Shown: positions 48,439 to 58,333 of the stretch, one piece after another | How the letters are laid out: each line of letters opens with the position of its first letter | Numbering within the stretch: the stretch's first letter is position 1 | Assembly: GCA_963664435.2 (NCBI GenBank) | Contig: CAXXKM010000001.1 | Span: 1,088,001 to 1,152,000, forward strand | Reading direction: 5' to 3' | Length of the DNA: 64,000 nt | Source: Longimicrobiales bacterium | GTDB lineage: Bacteria; Gemmatimonadota; Gemmatimonadetes; Longimicrobiales; Gaopeijiaceae | The notes under the pieces: generated by a model | Database searches by the model: none | Told to the model about the DNA's origin: nothing | The model's input: the letters and a program-made list of their open reading frames with translations, nothing else | Program-made: the position numbers and the translations under genes

Positions 48439-50592
48439 TCATCTCGCCAGCGGATCCGGCCGCAGCTGGAACTGGAGAACCTTGCTGGGCGTGCCCTTGC
48501 CGCCTTCCATGTGGAACGGCGCGCGCGTGCTCACGGTCGCCCACAGCCCCCTGCCCTTCCAGCCGCCATCCGGGTCGTCGATGCGGCCGTCCAGCCACTT
48601 GGTGTAGAAGCCGAGCGGATACGGGACGCGCAGGACGATCCAATCCCCATCCACCAGGGCCAGCAGCCCTTCGGAGGCGTTGCCGGTGTTGATGGGCACG
48701 TTCTCGCCGAGCCCGAAGACGTTGAACTGATCGACCCAGGTGTAGTAGCTCGCCTCGGCGCTGCCGGGCGCGCTCACGCCCCGGATCTGCGGCAGCGGCT
48801 CGCGATGGAAGGTCCAGCCCTCGGGGCAGTGCTGGCCCGTTGCCTCGGGGCCGTTGAGCGGGCCCGTGCACTTCGTGCGGTCGAAGCTGGCCATGTGCCC
48901 GCTGGCGAGCGCGACCCACATCACACCGTTCCGGTCAATGTCCCCACCGCGCGGCGAGAACCCTTCGATGGGCGCGCCCGACGCGTCGAGGGGCAGCTCG
49001 TACAGCTCGGCGAGCGCCGTCGCCGGGGGGTTCGCGCCCGGATCCAGCCGGACCACCGCCCCCGGATAGCCGAGCGTCGTCGCCCATACCGAACCATCGG
49101 GGGCGGGCGCCACCGAGTAGAAGCCGGCGACGACCCGCTTGTCCATCGTGGGGTCGACCGGCTCGCTGGGCTCGACATAGTCGTCGCGCCGGCCGTTGCC
49201 GTTGGTATCGAGGATGAGCGCGGTCCAGCCCTGGGAAGCCTCCTCGTCGCCGGTCTCCTCGAACATCCTCGTGTTCAGCCAGCCCACGACCTGCCCGCCG
49301 CCGCTCGTCCAGAGCGTGTTGTCCTCGTCCTCCGCGAACATGAGGTGGTGCGTGCTGAAACAGGTGCGGATGTGCGTGAGCTCCTGCGTCTCCGGATCCC
49401 ACAACTGCAGGTGGCGCCGGGCGCTGTTCGTCGGGAAGACCCGGGCCGACGGGTGGTCCGATCCCTCGCGGCAGAAGTCCGGATTCGCCGGCGGAGCCAC
49501 CGTGGAGGTGAGCCAGAGCCGCCCCCGCTCGTCCAGCATCGGGTTGTGGACGTTGTTCCTGCTGGTCCAGATGGCCTCGTCCCCCCAATAGGGCGACGGC
49601 TCGGGCATTCCCGGACCCGATGCGGGCTGCGTGCTCGGATCGCGGACGGTCAGCGGAATCTGGCTCGACGCGTTGCCCACCGGATCAAGCACCGGTACGT
49701 AGTCCGCGCTGGCCTCCAGCGCCCCGTAGATGGGCCCGTATGCGTTGACCGTGGGATCGCGACGGTCGGTGGAAACCTCGTCGTGCAGGTAGGCCTTCGG
49801 ATCCGCCCAGTCCCACAGCGTGACGACGACATTGCGCTCGATGCCCTCGGGCCGCGGAGGCGCCTCCGCCGGCACCTCGCCCGCCGCGATGCGGTCGGTC
49901 CAGTCCGCGAACATCTCGAGCATCCGCTGCCGGCCCATGCGGTCGAAGCCGCCGCTCATCCCGCCACCGGCCTGCCCCGACTTGATGCGCCGGTCCCACG
50001 CGTCCACGGACGACGCGAACTCGCCCAGTTCCGCCGGAATGTTGCGGGTGCCGAGGCCGCCCATCTGATGGCATGCCGTGCAGTTGCCCGATTTCAGGAG
50101 CCGCATGAGCTGCGCCTGGTGCTCGAGGTTCGGCGAGATCCCGTTGCCCGCATCGCCAGTCCCCGGAAACTCGTGATCCTCCGGCACCTGGAGCAGCGAC
50201 AGCCAGTAGCCCGCCGGATAGTACTCCGCCGCTGCCCGGGCGTCGGGAGCCGGCACCGCCGTCAGGTCCAGATCGGTGCCGGGCGAAGCGCTAAGCTTGT
50301 CGGAATCGACCAGGCCGTAGCCGCGCACCCATACGTCGTAGCTCGCTCCGGGGAGGTCAGGGAGCAGATATCGGCCGTCGTCGTCGGTGACGACGATCCG
50401 GGCGAAGCGCGTGGGAAGATCCGTCGTTTCCGCGATCACCCAGACGCCGGCCTCGGGTCCGTTTGCTCCGGTCACGACACCGCCGATGTCGTCTGTGAGG
50501 ACGTCGGATGACTCGCGGGCGGGCTCACATGCGGTTAGTGCGGCCAAGACCGCGAGGGCGCCGACGCGCTGGGGTATCGTCCAATTCCGCAT
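48439..50592 (-). CDS. Lipoprotein with carboxypeptidase-regulatory-like domain, CxxCH heme motif and propeller-like C-terminus
   Basis: LTAC; VWVRGYGLVDS; CTACH. Confidence 0.8.
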   Translation of the reverse strand: MRNWTIPQRVGALAVLAALTACEPARESSDVLTDDIGGVVTGANGPEAGVWVIAETTDLPTRFARIVVTDDDGRYLLPDLPGASYDVWVRGYGLVDSDKLSASPGTDLDLTAVPAPDARAAAEYYPAGYWLSLLQVPEDHEFPGTGDAGNGISPNLEHQAQLMRLLKSGNCTACHQMGGLGTRNIPAELGEFASSVDAWDRRIKSGQAGGGMSGGFDRMGRQRMLEMFADWTDRIAAGEVPAEAPPRPEGIERNVVVTLWDWADPKAYLHDEVSTDRRDPTVNAYGPIYGALEASADYVPVLDPVGNASSQIPLTVRDPSTQPASGPGMPEPSPYWGDEAIWTSRNNVHNPMLDERGRLWLTSTVAPPANPDFCREGSDHPSARVFPTNSARRHLQLWDPETQELTHIRTCFSTHHLMFAEDEDNTLWTSGGGQVVGWLNTRMFEETGDEEASQGWTALILDTNGNGRRDDYVEPSEPVDPTMDKRVVAGFYSVAPAPDGSVWATTLGYPGAVVRLDPGANPPATALAELYELPLDASGAPIEGFSPRGGDIDRNGVMWVALASGHMASFDRTKCTGPLNGPEATGQHCPEGWTFHREPLPQIRGVSAPGSAEASYYTWVDQFNVFGLGENVPINTGNASEGLLALVDGDWIVLRVPYPLGFYTKWLDGRIDDPDGGWKGRGLWATVSTRAPFHMEGGKGTPSKVLQFQLRPDPLAR

Positions 50593-50697
50593 TTCACTCC
50601 TCCCGCTCAGGCTCCCGAAGACAGGTAACTCGGGTACTCTGACTGATAGGCTGGAGCGTGCTGACGGGCCAGCGACGAGGATTCGGGCTTTGTACCC

Positions 50698-51201
50698 TTA
50701 GTCGCCGCCTCCCGCGCGACGTGGGGTCTTCCCCGACGGACCAGCTCGATAGGAACCACTGGGCTCCGGCCTGTCGGTCAGGATTCCCGACACCGATCCC
50801 TCCGACTGCCGCTGCACGTAACTGAGCGCTGCCCGAGCCAGCAACCCGGAACGCGACTGTCGTTCTCGAACGGCCGCCTGATCCACGATGGCCAACACGC
50901 GTTCCGGCAACGTGATGTTGATGCGCCTGCTCTTGCTGGAGAGTCTTGAGATATCCACGGTGACGATGGCCCACACGCCACCCCGGTAATCGTCGTTTGC
51001 CTGGTGTTCTTCGAGCGACAAACGGGGCGGCACGGGCTCGCCGTCCATCAGCAGCCCTTCGATATGGCATGCGATCGCTTCGCGGGCGGATTCGATCGCC
51101 TCGTCAAGCGTGTCACCGGCCGAGAAACAGCCGGGAAGATCCGGCACCGTGACGCCGTACCCGCTGCATGCGTCCTTGTGAATCACGATCGGAAAGCGCA
51201 T
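50698..51201 (-). CDS. hicB: HicB antitoxin
   Basis: YGVTVPDLPGCFSAGDT; RINITLP; SRSGLLA. Confidence 0.9.
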   Translation of the reverse strand: MRFPIVIHKDACSGYGVTVPDLPGCFSAGDTLDEAIESAREAIACHIEGLLMDGEPVPPRLSLEEHQANDDYRGGVWAIVTVDISRLSSKSRRINITLPERVLAIVDQAAVRERQSRSGLLARAALSYVQRQSEGSVSGILTDRPEPSGSYRAGPSGKTPRRAGGGD

Positions 51202-51395
51202 CAGCGGCCCTCCCTTTTCCAGTTGGCCTGGCTATAGATGCTGCGGAGCGTCCCCACGGGGACATCCTTGCTGGGGTGCTTCACCGTTACTCGGCCGGGC
51301 TTGTCAGGATGAATGAATTGGTGGTGGCTTCCACGGGTGTTTCGAAGCATCCAGCCATCCGCCACCAATTTTCGGATGATTTCCCGGCTCGACAT
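51201..51395 (-). CDS. hicA: HicA toxin
   Basis: DGW...GSHHQFIHP...VTVKHP.KD. Confidence 0.9.
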   Translation of the reverse strand: MSSREIIRKLVADGWMLRNTRGSHHQFIHPDKPGRVTVKHPSKDVPVGTLRSIYSQANWKREGR

Positions 51396-51397
51396 GG

Positions 51398-51431
51398 TGT
51401 GTATTATACACATCACCGCTGGCCGTCTCAA
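51398..51431 (-). promoter_or_regulatory. Sigma70-type promoter and operator of hicAB (leaderless)
   Basis: TTGAGA-17-TATAAT, 7 nt before ATG; palindrome TGTGTAT-T-ATACACA overlaps the -10. Confidence 0.75.
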
Positions 51432-51505
51432 GGAAGTGACGAGAGCCGGAATGACCAGGTGGTGGTAGATTTCCCAGGGTCCAACTGATTAAGGAGAAGC
51501 TGGTC

Positions 51506-51793
51506 ATGGCCATGGCTAACCCGCCACACCCGGGTGGCATCGTCAAGCGGCAGTGTCTCGAACCCCTGGGGCTGACCGTGACCCGCGCCGCGAAGGGTCT
51601 GGGCGTTACCCGGCAGGCGCTTTCGGAACTGGTGAACGAACGAACGGGGGTTTCGGTGGAGATGGCCATAAGATTGTCGAAGGCCTTCGGCTCTACGCCG
51701 GAAACCTGGCTGGGAATGCAGACGGCCTACGATCTCTGGCAGTCCCGCGACCGCGGCCGGGAAATCGCCGTAGAACGTTTCGTTGCGGCGTGA
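51506..51793 (+). CDS. higA: HigA-family antitoxin (orphan)
   Basis: PPHPG..LEPLGL..AAKGLGVTRQALS..MAIRLSKAFG..W..MQ..YDL. Confidence 0.9.
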   Translation: MAMANPPHPGGIVKRQCLEPLGLTVTRAAKGLGVTRQALSELVNERTGVSVEMAIRLSKAFGSTPETWLGMQTAYDLWQSRDRGREIAVERFVAA

Positions 51794-52197
51794 AACCCAA
51801 ACTCCTCTCAGGCGGGAACCCCCAGATTCCCAAGGGCGATGGCAATGCACCCGTGCAGGCCTACCTTGCGGCCATGCCCGGCTGGAAACGCGACGTCGGC
51901 CGCTACCTCGACACGCTGATCGAGCGCAACGTGCCAGGTGTCCGCAAGGCCGTCCGATGGAACACGCCCTTCTACGGCATCGAAGGCCAAGGCTGGTTCC
52001 TCGCCTACCACTGCTTCACGAAGTACGTCAAGGTGACCTTCCTCAACGGCGCCTCGCTGCGTCCCGTTCCGCCGGTCATTTCAAGGCATGAGGACGTGCG
52101 CTACTTCCACATCCACGAGGAAGACGAGCCCGACGAGGAGCTCCTGGTGAACTGGGTCAAGCAGGCGTCCGCGCTGCCCGGGGACGACGTCTTCTAG
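51790..52197 (+). CDS. DUF1801/YdhG-like protein
   Basis: VQAYLAAMPGWK, KAVRWNTPFYG. Confidence 0.8.
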   Translation: MKPKLLSGGNPQIPKGDGNAPVQAYLAAMPGWKRDVGRYLDTLIERNVPGVRKAVRWNTPFYGIEGQGWFLAYHCFTKYVKVTFLNGASLRPVPPVISRHEDVRYFHIHEEDEPDEELLVNWVKQASALPGDDVF

Positions 52198-53333
52198 TCG
52201 CGTCCGGGCGCGACATTCGCGAAGAGTCCGTTCGGCGCGCCTGAGTTCGCGGTCACGATGTCCGGGAACCCGTCGCCGTTCAGATCGCCCACCCCCAGCC
52301 CGTAGGTCGCGCAGTCCGCGCACCCGAAACGGAGTTCGTCGAACGCCGGGGGCTCGCCGCCCCGGTTGAAGTAGACGGCGTTCGGAGCGCCCACGTTCGC
52401 AACGACGATGTCCGGGTCCCCGTCGAGGTCCAGGTCCGCGAGCTGGACCGCGTAACTCTGGTCGTCGTCCCGTCCGAAAGGCAGGCTGCGCTCGAACCCG
52501 CCCGACCCGTCGCCGAAGTACACCGCGTTCGCCTCGCCGATGTTCGCCGTCACGATGTCCTGGACGCCGTCGCCGTCCACGTCGCCCACCGCCGCTCCGC
52601 GCGTCTCGTCGCTCCCGGTGCCGTACCCGCTCACCCGATCGAAGCTGCCGCCATCGTTCCAGTGGATGGTGTTCGCTCCACCGTCCCGGTTGGCGAGCAC
52701 GAGGTCCGAGTCCCCGTCCCCGTCGAGGTCCGCGGCAACGACATCGATGGTCGAGTCGTCCCCGGCCCCGAACGGTGCCCCCTCGCCGAAGGCCCCCGAG
52801 CCGTCTCCATGGAAGATGAAGTTCTGGCGGCCCCGGTTGACCACCAGGATGTCCATGTGTCCATCGCTGTCCAGATCGGCCAGCGTCAGGCTTCGCGTCG
52901 AGCTTGGCGTGCCGAACGTGGCTCCGGCTTCGAAATGGCCCTTCCCGTCGTTCATGAAGAGGAGGCTCCGCGTGCGGTCGTTTCCCACCGCGACATCCAG
53001 GTCTCCGTCGCCATCGAAATCGGCGAGCGGAACGGCATAGCTGCCGGCCTCCTCCTCACCCAGCCGCCGCGCCAGGGTGAAGGCGGCTCCCCCGTCGTTG
53101 AAGTAGACCCGATTCTGCTCGGCCCAGTGGCGGCCGTTGGCGACGACGACGTCCAGCGTGCCGTCACCGTTCACGTCGCCGAGGCTCACCGAGGCCGTCA
53201 GTTCGCTGCCGCCGCCGAGCGACCTGAGGGGGCGGAAGGTGCGCTCCTGGCCGGCGAGGGAGGCCACGGCAACCGGATGTGCGAGGAGGGTCAGCAGCAG
53301 GCCGGCGACCTGCAATCTGGTCCGATTCCTCAT
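52194..53333 (-). CDS. Secreted FG-GAP/VCBS repeat protein
   Basis: Seven DxD/NGDGxxD(I/V/L)VxxN repeats. Confidence 0.88.
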   Translation of the reverse strand: MRNRTRLQVAGLLLTLLAHPVAVASLAGQERTFRPLRSLGGGSELTASVSLGDVNGDGTLDVVVANGRHWAEQNRVYFNDGGAAFTLARRLGEEEAGSYAVPLADFDGDGDLDVAVGNDRTRSLLFMNDGKGHFEAGATFGTPSSTRSLTLADLDSDGHMDILVVNRGRQNFIFHGDGSGAFGEGAPFGAGDDSTIDVVAADLDGDGDSDLVLANRDGGANTIHWNDGGSFDRVSGYGTGSDETRGAAVGDVDGDGVQDIVTANIGEANAVYFGDGSGGFERSLPFGRDDDQSYAVQLADLDLDGDPDIVVANVGAPNAVYFNRGGEPPAFDELRFGCADCATYGLGVGDLNGDGFPDIVTANSGAPNGLFANVAPGRD

Positions 53334-53546
53334 GTGTCCTCTCCTGCCAAGGCGGTTCGACGCTTGGAACTCCAGTGCCCGAATTGATAGAGCAGGGCAC
53401 GATGCAAGGCCAGTGACCGCGAAGTCCCACTCCGCCATTCTCCCGCCCGCCCATGGAACCCATCGTCCTTCCGAGATCACCGAAGGACGCGGAGGCCTGA
53501 CCCGAGACCGACTCGTCGTCCTTCCCGGCCACGAAAACCGCGGACC

Positions 53547-54530
53547 ATGGCCCGGACGCGAAACCGGCGCAGGAAACGGAAGCACGATGCTTCCTACAAG
53601 AAGATCTTCGCCCACAGGCGCACCATCGGGGACCTCCTCCGCGGATTCGCCGGCAAGCTCGCCCGGCACCTCGACTTCTCGACGCTGGAACGGCTCCCGG
53701 CCAGCTTCGTCACCGAGCACCTGGGCCAGCGACACGCCGACATGTTGTGGAAGATCCAGACCGCCAATGGAGGTTGGCTCTACCTGCTCATCTGGCTGGA
53801 GTTTCAGTCCACGATCGACTATGACATGGCCCTGCGGATGCTCGACTACACGGTTCGCGTGCTGCAGGGTCTCGGCAGCGACGAACGGGGCCCCGGTGGC
53901 AAGTATCCGCCCCTCCTGCCTGTCGTCATCTACAACGGCGAGGGGCGCTGGACAGCTGCGGCAGACACCGGTGAACTGTTCGCCTCGATGCCTGACGAGC
54001 TGCTTGGGTACCGCCCCCGACATCAGTATCTTCTGCTGGACCTCAGGGCGCTTGATCCCACTGTGTTGCCACCGGAGAATGTCGTCTCGCTGATCGCGAT
54101 GCTCGAGCAGGCTCGGTCACAGGGACAGCTTGAGAAGTTGGGGGCTTCGCTGGCGGACTGGCTTCTGCGAGTCGGAGAGACGAGGCTGCTCGACAGTTTC
54201 GTGGCATGGATCACACAGGTGCTGGCGCGAACCGACGCGGCGGGCAGGACGCTCGAATTGCGGACCAGGAGCGAGGAGGAAAGAACGATGTCGACGTTGG
54301 CCGAGCGGGTCAGGAAGTGGGGCGACGAGCTCAATCAGCAGTGGCTGGAGAAGGGGGAGCGGCAGATGGTCTCCCGGCTGGCTGCCCGCAGATTCGGTCC
54401 TGGCATCGCCGAGCAGCTCTCCCCGTTGCTCGATAAGCTGTCGGACCCGGATAGCATCGCCGCGGTCGCCACCATGGTGTTTGAATGCGAGAACGGCGCG
54501 GACTTCATCGCGCGGGCACGTGAGGTGTAG
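53547..54530 (+). CDS. Rpn-family recombination-promoting nuclease (YhgA-like)
   Basis: HDASYK, ADMLW, LEFQS, MALRM, LPVVIYNG..W. Confidence 0.88.
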   Translation: MARTRNRRRKRKHDASYKKIFAHRRTIGDLLRGFAGKLARHLDFSTLERLPASFVTEHLGQRHADMLWKIQTANGGWLYLLIWLEFQSTIDYDMALRMLDYTVRVLQGLGSDERGPGGKYPPLLPVVIYNGEGRWTAAADTGELFASMPDELLGYRPRHQYLLLDLRALDPTVLPPENVVSLIAMLEQARSQGQLEKLGASLADWLLRVGETRLLDSFVAWITQVLARTDAAGRTLELRTRSEEERTMSTLAERVRKWGDELNQQWLEKGERQMVSRLAARRFGPGIAEQLSPLLDKLSDPDSIAAVATMVFECENGADFIARAREV

Positions 54531-54556
54531 GGTTCGGCACCAGTCGCTCCCGCCCC

Positions 54557-55831
54557 TCAGTACCCCAACACCCCCGGCAGCCACAACACCACCCCCGGCA
54601 CCACCGCGACCACGACCGTAAGCCCCAACATCAGCGCCAGATACGGCCATAGCGGCCGCGCCACCTCCGCCGGCTCGACGCCTCCAACCGAGCAGGCCAC
54701 CAGCAGACTCACGCCCACGGGCGGCAGGAACACGGAGATCCCCTGGGTCGCCACGATGACGGCGCCGTAGTGGACCGGGTCGATCCCCAGCTGCGTCGCC
54801 AGGGGCAGCAGGATCGGCGTCAGCAGAACCACCGCGGGCACACCCTCGAGGATCGCGCCCAGCGGGAGGAAGACGAGAATCGTGAGGATCATGAAGCCGG
54901 CCTGCCCACCTCCCATCCCCGCGACCGATGCCGCCAGCGCCTGCGGCACCTGGGTGACGGCAAGCACCCAGCCCAGCAGGCGCGCGGCGCCCACCACGAA
55001 CAGCACCATCCCGGACACCATCGCGGTCTGGACGACCTTGGCCCACAGGTCGCGGGCCGAGAGGGACCGGTACACCAGCCCGGCCAACAGCAGCGCGTAG
55101 GCGACGGCAACCGCGGCGGCCTCCGTGGGCGTGAAGAGCCCGAAGCGGATGCCGCCCAGGATGACCACGATCATGAAGAGGGGGAGCAGGGCGTCGATCG
55201 CCGCGCGCCGCACTTCCGCGAAGGATGCGCGCTCCCCGGCCGGCCATCCCTGCCTCCGCGCCTGCCATCCGATCTGAATCATCAGGCCCACGGCGATGAG
55301 GAGCGCGGGTACGATCGAGGCGACGAACAGGGCGCCGATGGAGACGTTGCCGATGACGCCGTAGACGACCATCACGATGGCCGGCGGAATGAGGATTCCC
55401 ATCCCGCACGCGGCAGAGACGATGGCGGTGGCGCGCGCGCGGCCGTACCCGTTCGCGGTCAGCTGGGGCACCATGATGCCACCGATGGCGGCCGCGTCCG
55501 CGGACGTGGAGCCCGACACCCCCGAGAAGAATATCTCGGCCATGATCACCACCTGCCCGAGTCCTCCGGGGAGGTTTCCGACGAGCGCCCGCGCCAACGT
55601 CACCAGGCGGCGGCTGATCCCCCCGACGTCCATCAGGAAGCCGGCCAGGATGAAAAGGGGCACGGCGAGCATGGGGAAGGAGTCCATCCCCGCGACGATC
55701 TGCTGCGGGATGATGACGAGCGGGAGGTCCGCCACCACGATGGCGACAACGGCCGCGATCGCGAGCGCAAAGCCGATGGGCACGGCGGCCAGCACCAGCA
55801 GGCCGAAGATGCCAAGGAGGAACGCGCCCAT
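54557..55831 (-). CDS. dctM: TRAP large permease
   Basis: AVPLFILAG, SGSTSADAAA, IPPAI, TPTEAA. Confidence 0.92.
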   Translation of the reverse strand: MGAFLLGIFGLLVLAAVPIGFALAIAAVVAIVVADLPLVIIPQQIVAGMDSFPMLAVPLFILAGFLMDVGGISRRLVTLARALVGNLPGGLGQVVIMAEIFFSGVSGSTSADAAAIGGIMVPQLTANGYGRARATAIVSAACGMGILIPPAIVMVVYGVIGNVSIGALFVASIVPALLIAVGLMIQIGWQARRQGWPAGERASFAEVRRAAIDALLPLFMIVVILGGIRFGLFTPTEAAAVAVAYALLLAGLVYRSLSARDLWAKVVQTAMVSGMVLFVVGAARLLGWVLAVTQVPQALAASVAGMGGGQAGFMILTILVFLPLGAILEGVPAVVLLTPILLPLATQLGIDPVHYGAVIVATQGISVFLPPVGVSLLVACSVGGVEPAEVARPLWPYLALMLGLTVVVAVVPGVVLWLPGVLGY

Positions 55832-56304
55832 CAGCCGGAGTCCTCCCTGACCCATCCCGCCACCATGTGCACCACCATCAGCACCCCGGACACCGGCGCG
55901 GCCGCGTAGACCAACGCGACGGGCAGGTTCAGCGCCGGAGACCGCTCTCCCATGGTGAGGTCCATGAGGGCGATCCCGGTGCCGATGAGCAGGAGCGAGA
56001 ACAGCAGCACAGCCGCCCGCGCGAACGTCTCCACGACCCGCTTCGCGCGCGGAGCCAACGCCTTCGTGACCTGATCGAACCCGAAATGCGCCCGATGCTC
56101 CACCGCCAGCGACGCCCCCAGCAGCGACACCCAGATGAAGCAGAAGCGCGAGACCTCCTCGCTCCACGGATTCGGGTACGCGAAGAGGTAGCGCATGAGG
56201 ACCTGGAGGAGAACCACGGCAGCGACCGTGATCACGAGCCCGCCGGCGGCAAAGGTCTCGAATCGAACCAGAGCCCTGTTGAGGGCGCGGAGACGTCGCG
56301 TCAT
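55831..56304 (-). CDS. dctQ: TRAP small permease
   Basis: QVLMRY..WSEEVSR; 4 TM segments. Confidence 0.9.
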   Translation of the reverse strand: MTRRLRALNRALVRFETFAAGGLVITVAAVVLLQVLMRYLFAYPNPWSEEVSRFCFIWVSLLGASLAVEHRAHFGFDQVTKALAPRAKRVVETFARAAVLLFSLLLIGTGIALMDLTMGERSPALNLPVALVYAAAPVSGVLMVVHMVAGWVREDSG

Positions 56305-56403
56305 GCGCTCATCGCCCAGGCTCGCGGAATCGGCACTCCGCCTCGGTCCGCGTCATCTGCTTGCTACCTCGGGTCCGTCCTCTTTCTCTCCGCTTACATC
56401 CTG

Positions 56404-56430
56404 TTTTACGCATTTTACGCATTTTACGCA
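56404..56430. repeat. (TTTTACGCA)3 tandem repeat
   Basis: Direct reading. Confidence 0.85.
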
Positions 56431-56538
56431 TTCCGACCGGTTACCTGGGCTGAACGCTCGAAGCCATCGCGTCATTCGCTCGCGGTTTCGGCCCCCGTCA
56501 GCTTGTGGAAACAGAGGCAGGCCCCTGGGCTGGGGGGG

Positions 56539-56761
56539 TCACTCAAACAGTTCGGCGTGAGTACCGGCTCGGGCAAAATAGATGGACCCGCCTGGCCCGT
56601 CTGTGTCGTCGACACGATAGATCAGCAGGAAATCACCGCCGACGTGACATTCCCGGTAGCGGGCCCATGACCCTTTGAGCGCGTGATCTCTTGAGGAATT
56701 GGCGGGCGTAGTCAACCCGCCGCGGCAGCCGAGCCCTCTTACTCGCGGGAGGCTTCTTCAA
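56539..56761 (-). pseudogene. yafQ: YafQ toxin with internal deletion and frameshift
   Basis: KKPPASKRARLPRRVDYARQFLK joined out of frame to DHALKGSWARYRECHVGGDFLLIYR...RAGTHAELFE*. Confidence 0.85.
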
Positions 56762-57020
56762 GCTCCGCAAACATCTCGTCGGCACTCATGAGTCGCGCAG
56801 CCCGCGTCTTCACCATCTCGTCGACCTCGGCCATGGCCTGCCGGGTTTGCGCGTTCGGTACCTTGAGTTCGAGCGGGAAGGCCTGATCTACGGCAATTCG
56901 GTGGAAGAGCAGCCGTACAGCCTGCGACGCGGTCATCCCCATCGCCGCCAGCGCCGTCGTCGCCTTCCGCTTCATTTCGGTGTCCATCCGAACGTGTAGC
57001 ATCGAACTGTGTGCCTTCAT
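56739..57020 (-). CDS. dinJ: DinJ/RelB antitoxin
   Basis: LHVRMDTEMK..A..L..MG.T.S.AVR; FPLELKVPNAQT; upstream inverted repeat TCTCA-TT-TGAGA. Confidence 0.9.
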   Translation of the reverse strand: MKAHSSMLHVRMDTEMKRKATTALAAMGMTASQAVRLLFHRIAVDQAFPLELKVPNAQTRQAMAEVDEMVKTRAARLMSADEMFAELEEASRE

Positions 57021-57096
57021 CTCGGCCTCCTGTATCTCATTTGAGACAAAATGCCTTTCCATGGCGACCGACGTCAACCCGAGGCCGCGCTCAGGT

Positions 57097-58266
57097 CTAG
57101 GAACCCGCACCCCCCGCCTCCTCCACCAGCCGTGCGATCAGTGCCTCGCCGTCCGGGAGCCTGGCCCCCAATTCGTCCCAAATGCGCGGCCGCACCGCCG
57201 GCGCAAACGGCGCCAGGTCCGGGCGCGAAATCTCCACGCCTGCCGCGCGCATCTGCTCGATGGCCTCCGCCTCCATCCGGCGGGCCTCTTCGCTCTGGTA
57301 GGCAAGCGCGTCAGCCGCCGAGCGGTCGACCGTCTCCCTGATGTCCGGGGGCAGCCCCGCGTAGAACTGCTCGTTCACCAGGAGCGTGATCGGGTTGTAG
57401 GTGATGGACGTGAAGCTGTAGAAGCGGGCCACCTCGTAGAGCCGGCTGCTCACGAATCCGATCGCGTTCGCCTCTCCGCCGTCGATCACGCCCTGCTGGA
57501 GCGCGGAGTAGACCTCGCCGTAGTTCATCGGGGTCGCCTGGACGCCGAGCGCCGAATAGGCCGCCAGGTACGTCGCGTTCTGAAGGACCCGGAGCTTCAG
57601 TCCGGCGAGATCCCCGGGCGCCTCTACGGGCCGGCGCCGGTTGTACACGTGGCGGAATCCGTAGTCGAGGAAGCCCAGCGACCGGACGCCGGTGCGCTCC
57701 AGCAGGAGCTCGCGCCACCAGTCACCGACAGCCCCGTTCATCACTCTGAGCCCGTGATCCCGGTTCTCGAAGAGGAGCGGGAGGTCGAACATCTGCCCCT
57801 CGGGCACCCAGCCCGAGAGCACCGGCGTGCCCGTGATGGCCATGTGCACCGCGCCGACCTGGATCTGCTCGAAGGCCACGCGCTCGCCCCCGAGCTGCCC
57901 CGATGGATAGATGACGACCCGGAAGCGGCCGCCGGTGCGCTCGAGCATGAGGTCCCGGAAGCGCTCCGCCAGGAGATGGAACTCCGAGTTGGTCGAGAGC
58001 ACGTGGGAGAAGCGGACCTCCCAGGCGGGTGCCTCGCCCCGGGGCGTGCCGTCGGAGTCTGCGGACTCGGGGCCGCGGCAGGACGCCAGCAGAAGCGCTG
58101 CCCCCAGCGCCAGCAGTCTTCCACACGCTGCAACGCCGAAGCCACGCCGAACGCCCGCAGATCCGAGGCCACGCCGAACGCCCGCAGATCCGAGGCCACG
58201 CCGAAACCGCGCTGACCGTGCCGCCACGCCGAAACCGCGCCGGACCTGCGCAGCCCGCACGTTCAC
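57097..58266 (-). CDS. dctP: TRAP substrate-binding lipoprotein; start uncertain
   Basis: YPSGQLG, GFR, LAGLKLRV, EVYSALQQGVIDG. Confidence 0.9.
   Translation of the reverse strand: MNVRAAQVRRGFGVAARSARFRRGLGSAGVRRGLGSAGVRRGFGVAACGRLLALGAALLLASCRGPESADSDGTPRGEAPAWEVRFSHVLSTNSEFHLLAERFRDLMLERTGGRFRVVIYPSGQLGGERVAFEQIQVGAVHMAITGTPVLSGWVPEGQMFDLPLLFENRDHGLRVMNGAVGDWWRELLLERTGVRSLGFLDYGFRHVYNRRRPVEAPGDLAGLKLRVLQNATYLAAYSALGVQATPMNYGEVYSALQQGVIDGGEANAIGFVSSRLYEVARFYSFTSITYNPITLLVNEQFYAGLPPDIRETVDRSAADALAYQSEEARRMEAEAIEQMRAAGVEISRPDLAPFAPAVRPRIWDELGARLPDGEALIARLVEEAGGAGS
58141..58205. repeat. 27-bp tandem repeat in the dctP N-terminal region
   Basis: (GCCACGCCGAACGCCCGCAGATCCGAG)2 plus a partial copy. 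Confidence 0.85.
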
Positions 58267-58333
58267 GAACGAGCCCCGGGTTGGGATGTCATCCTCGCCC
58301 CCACTTCCGGCGCGGCGCACTTCCCCCCCACCT

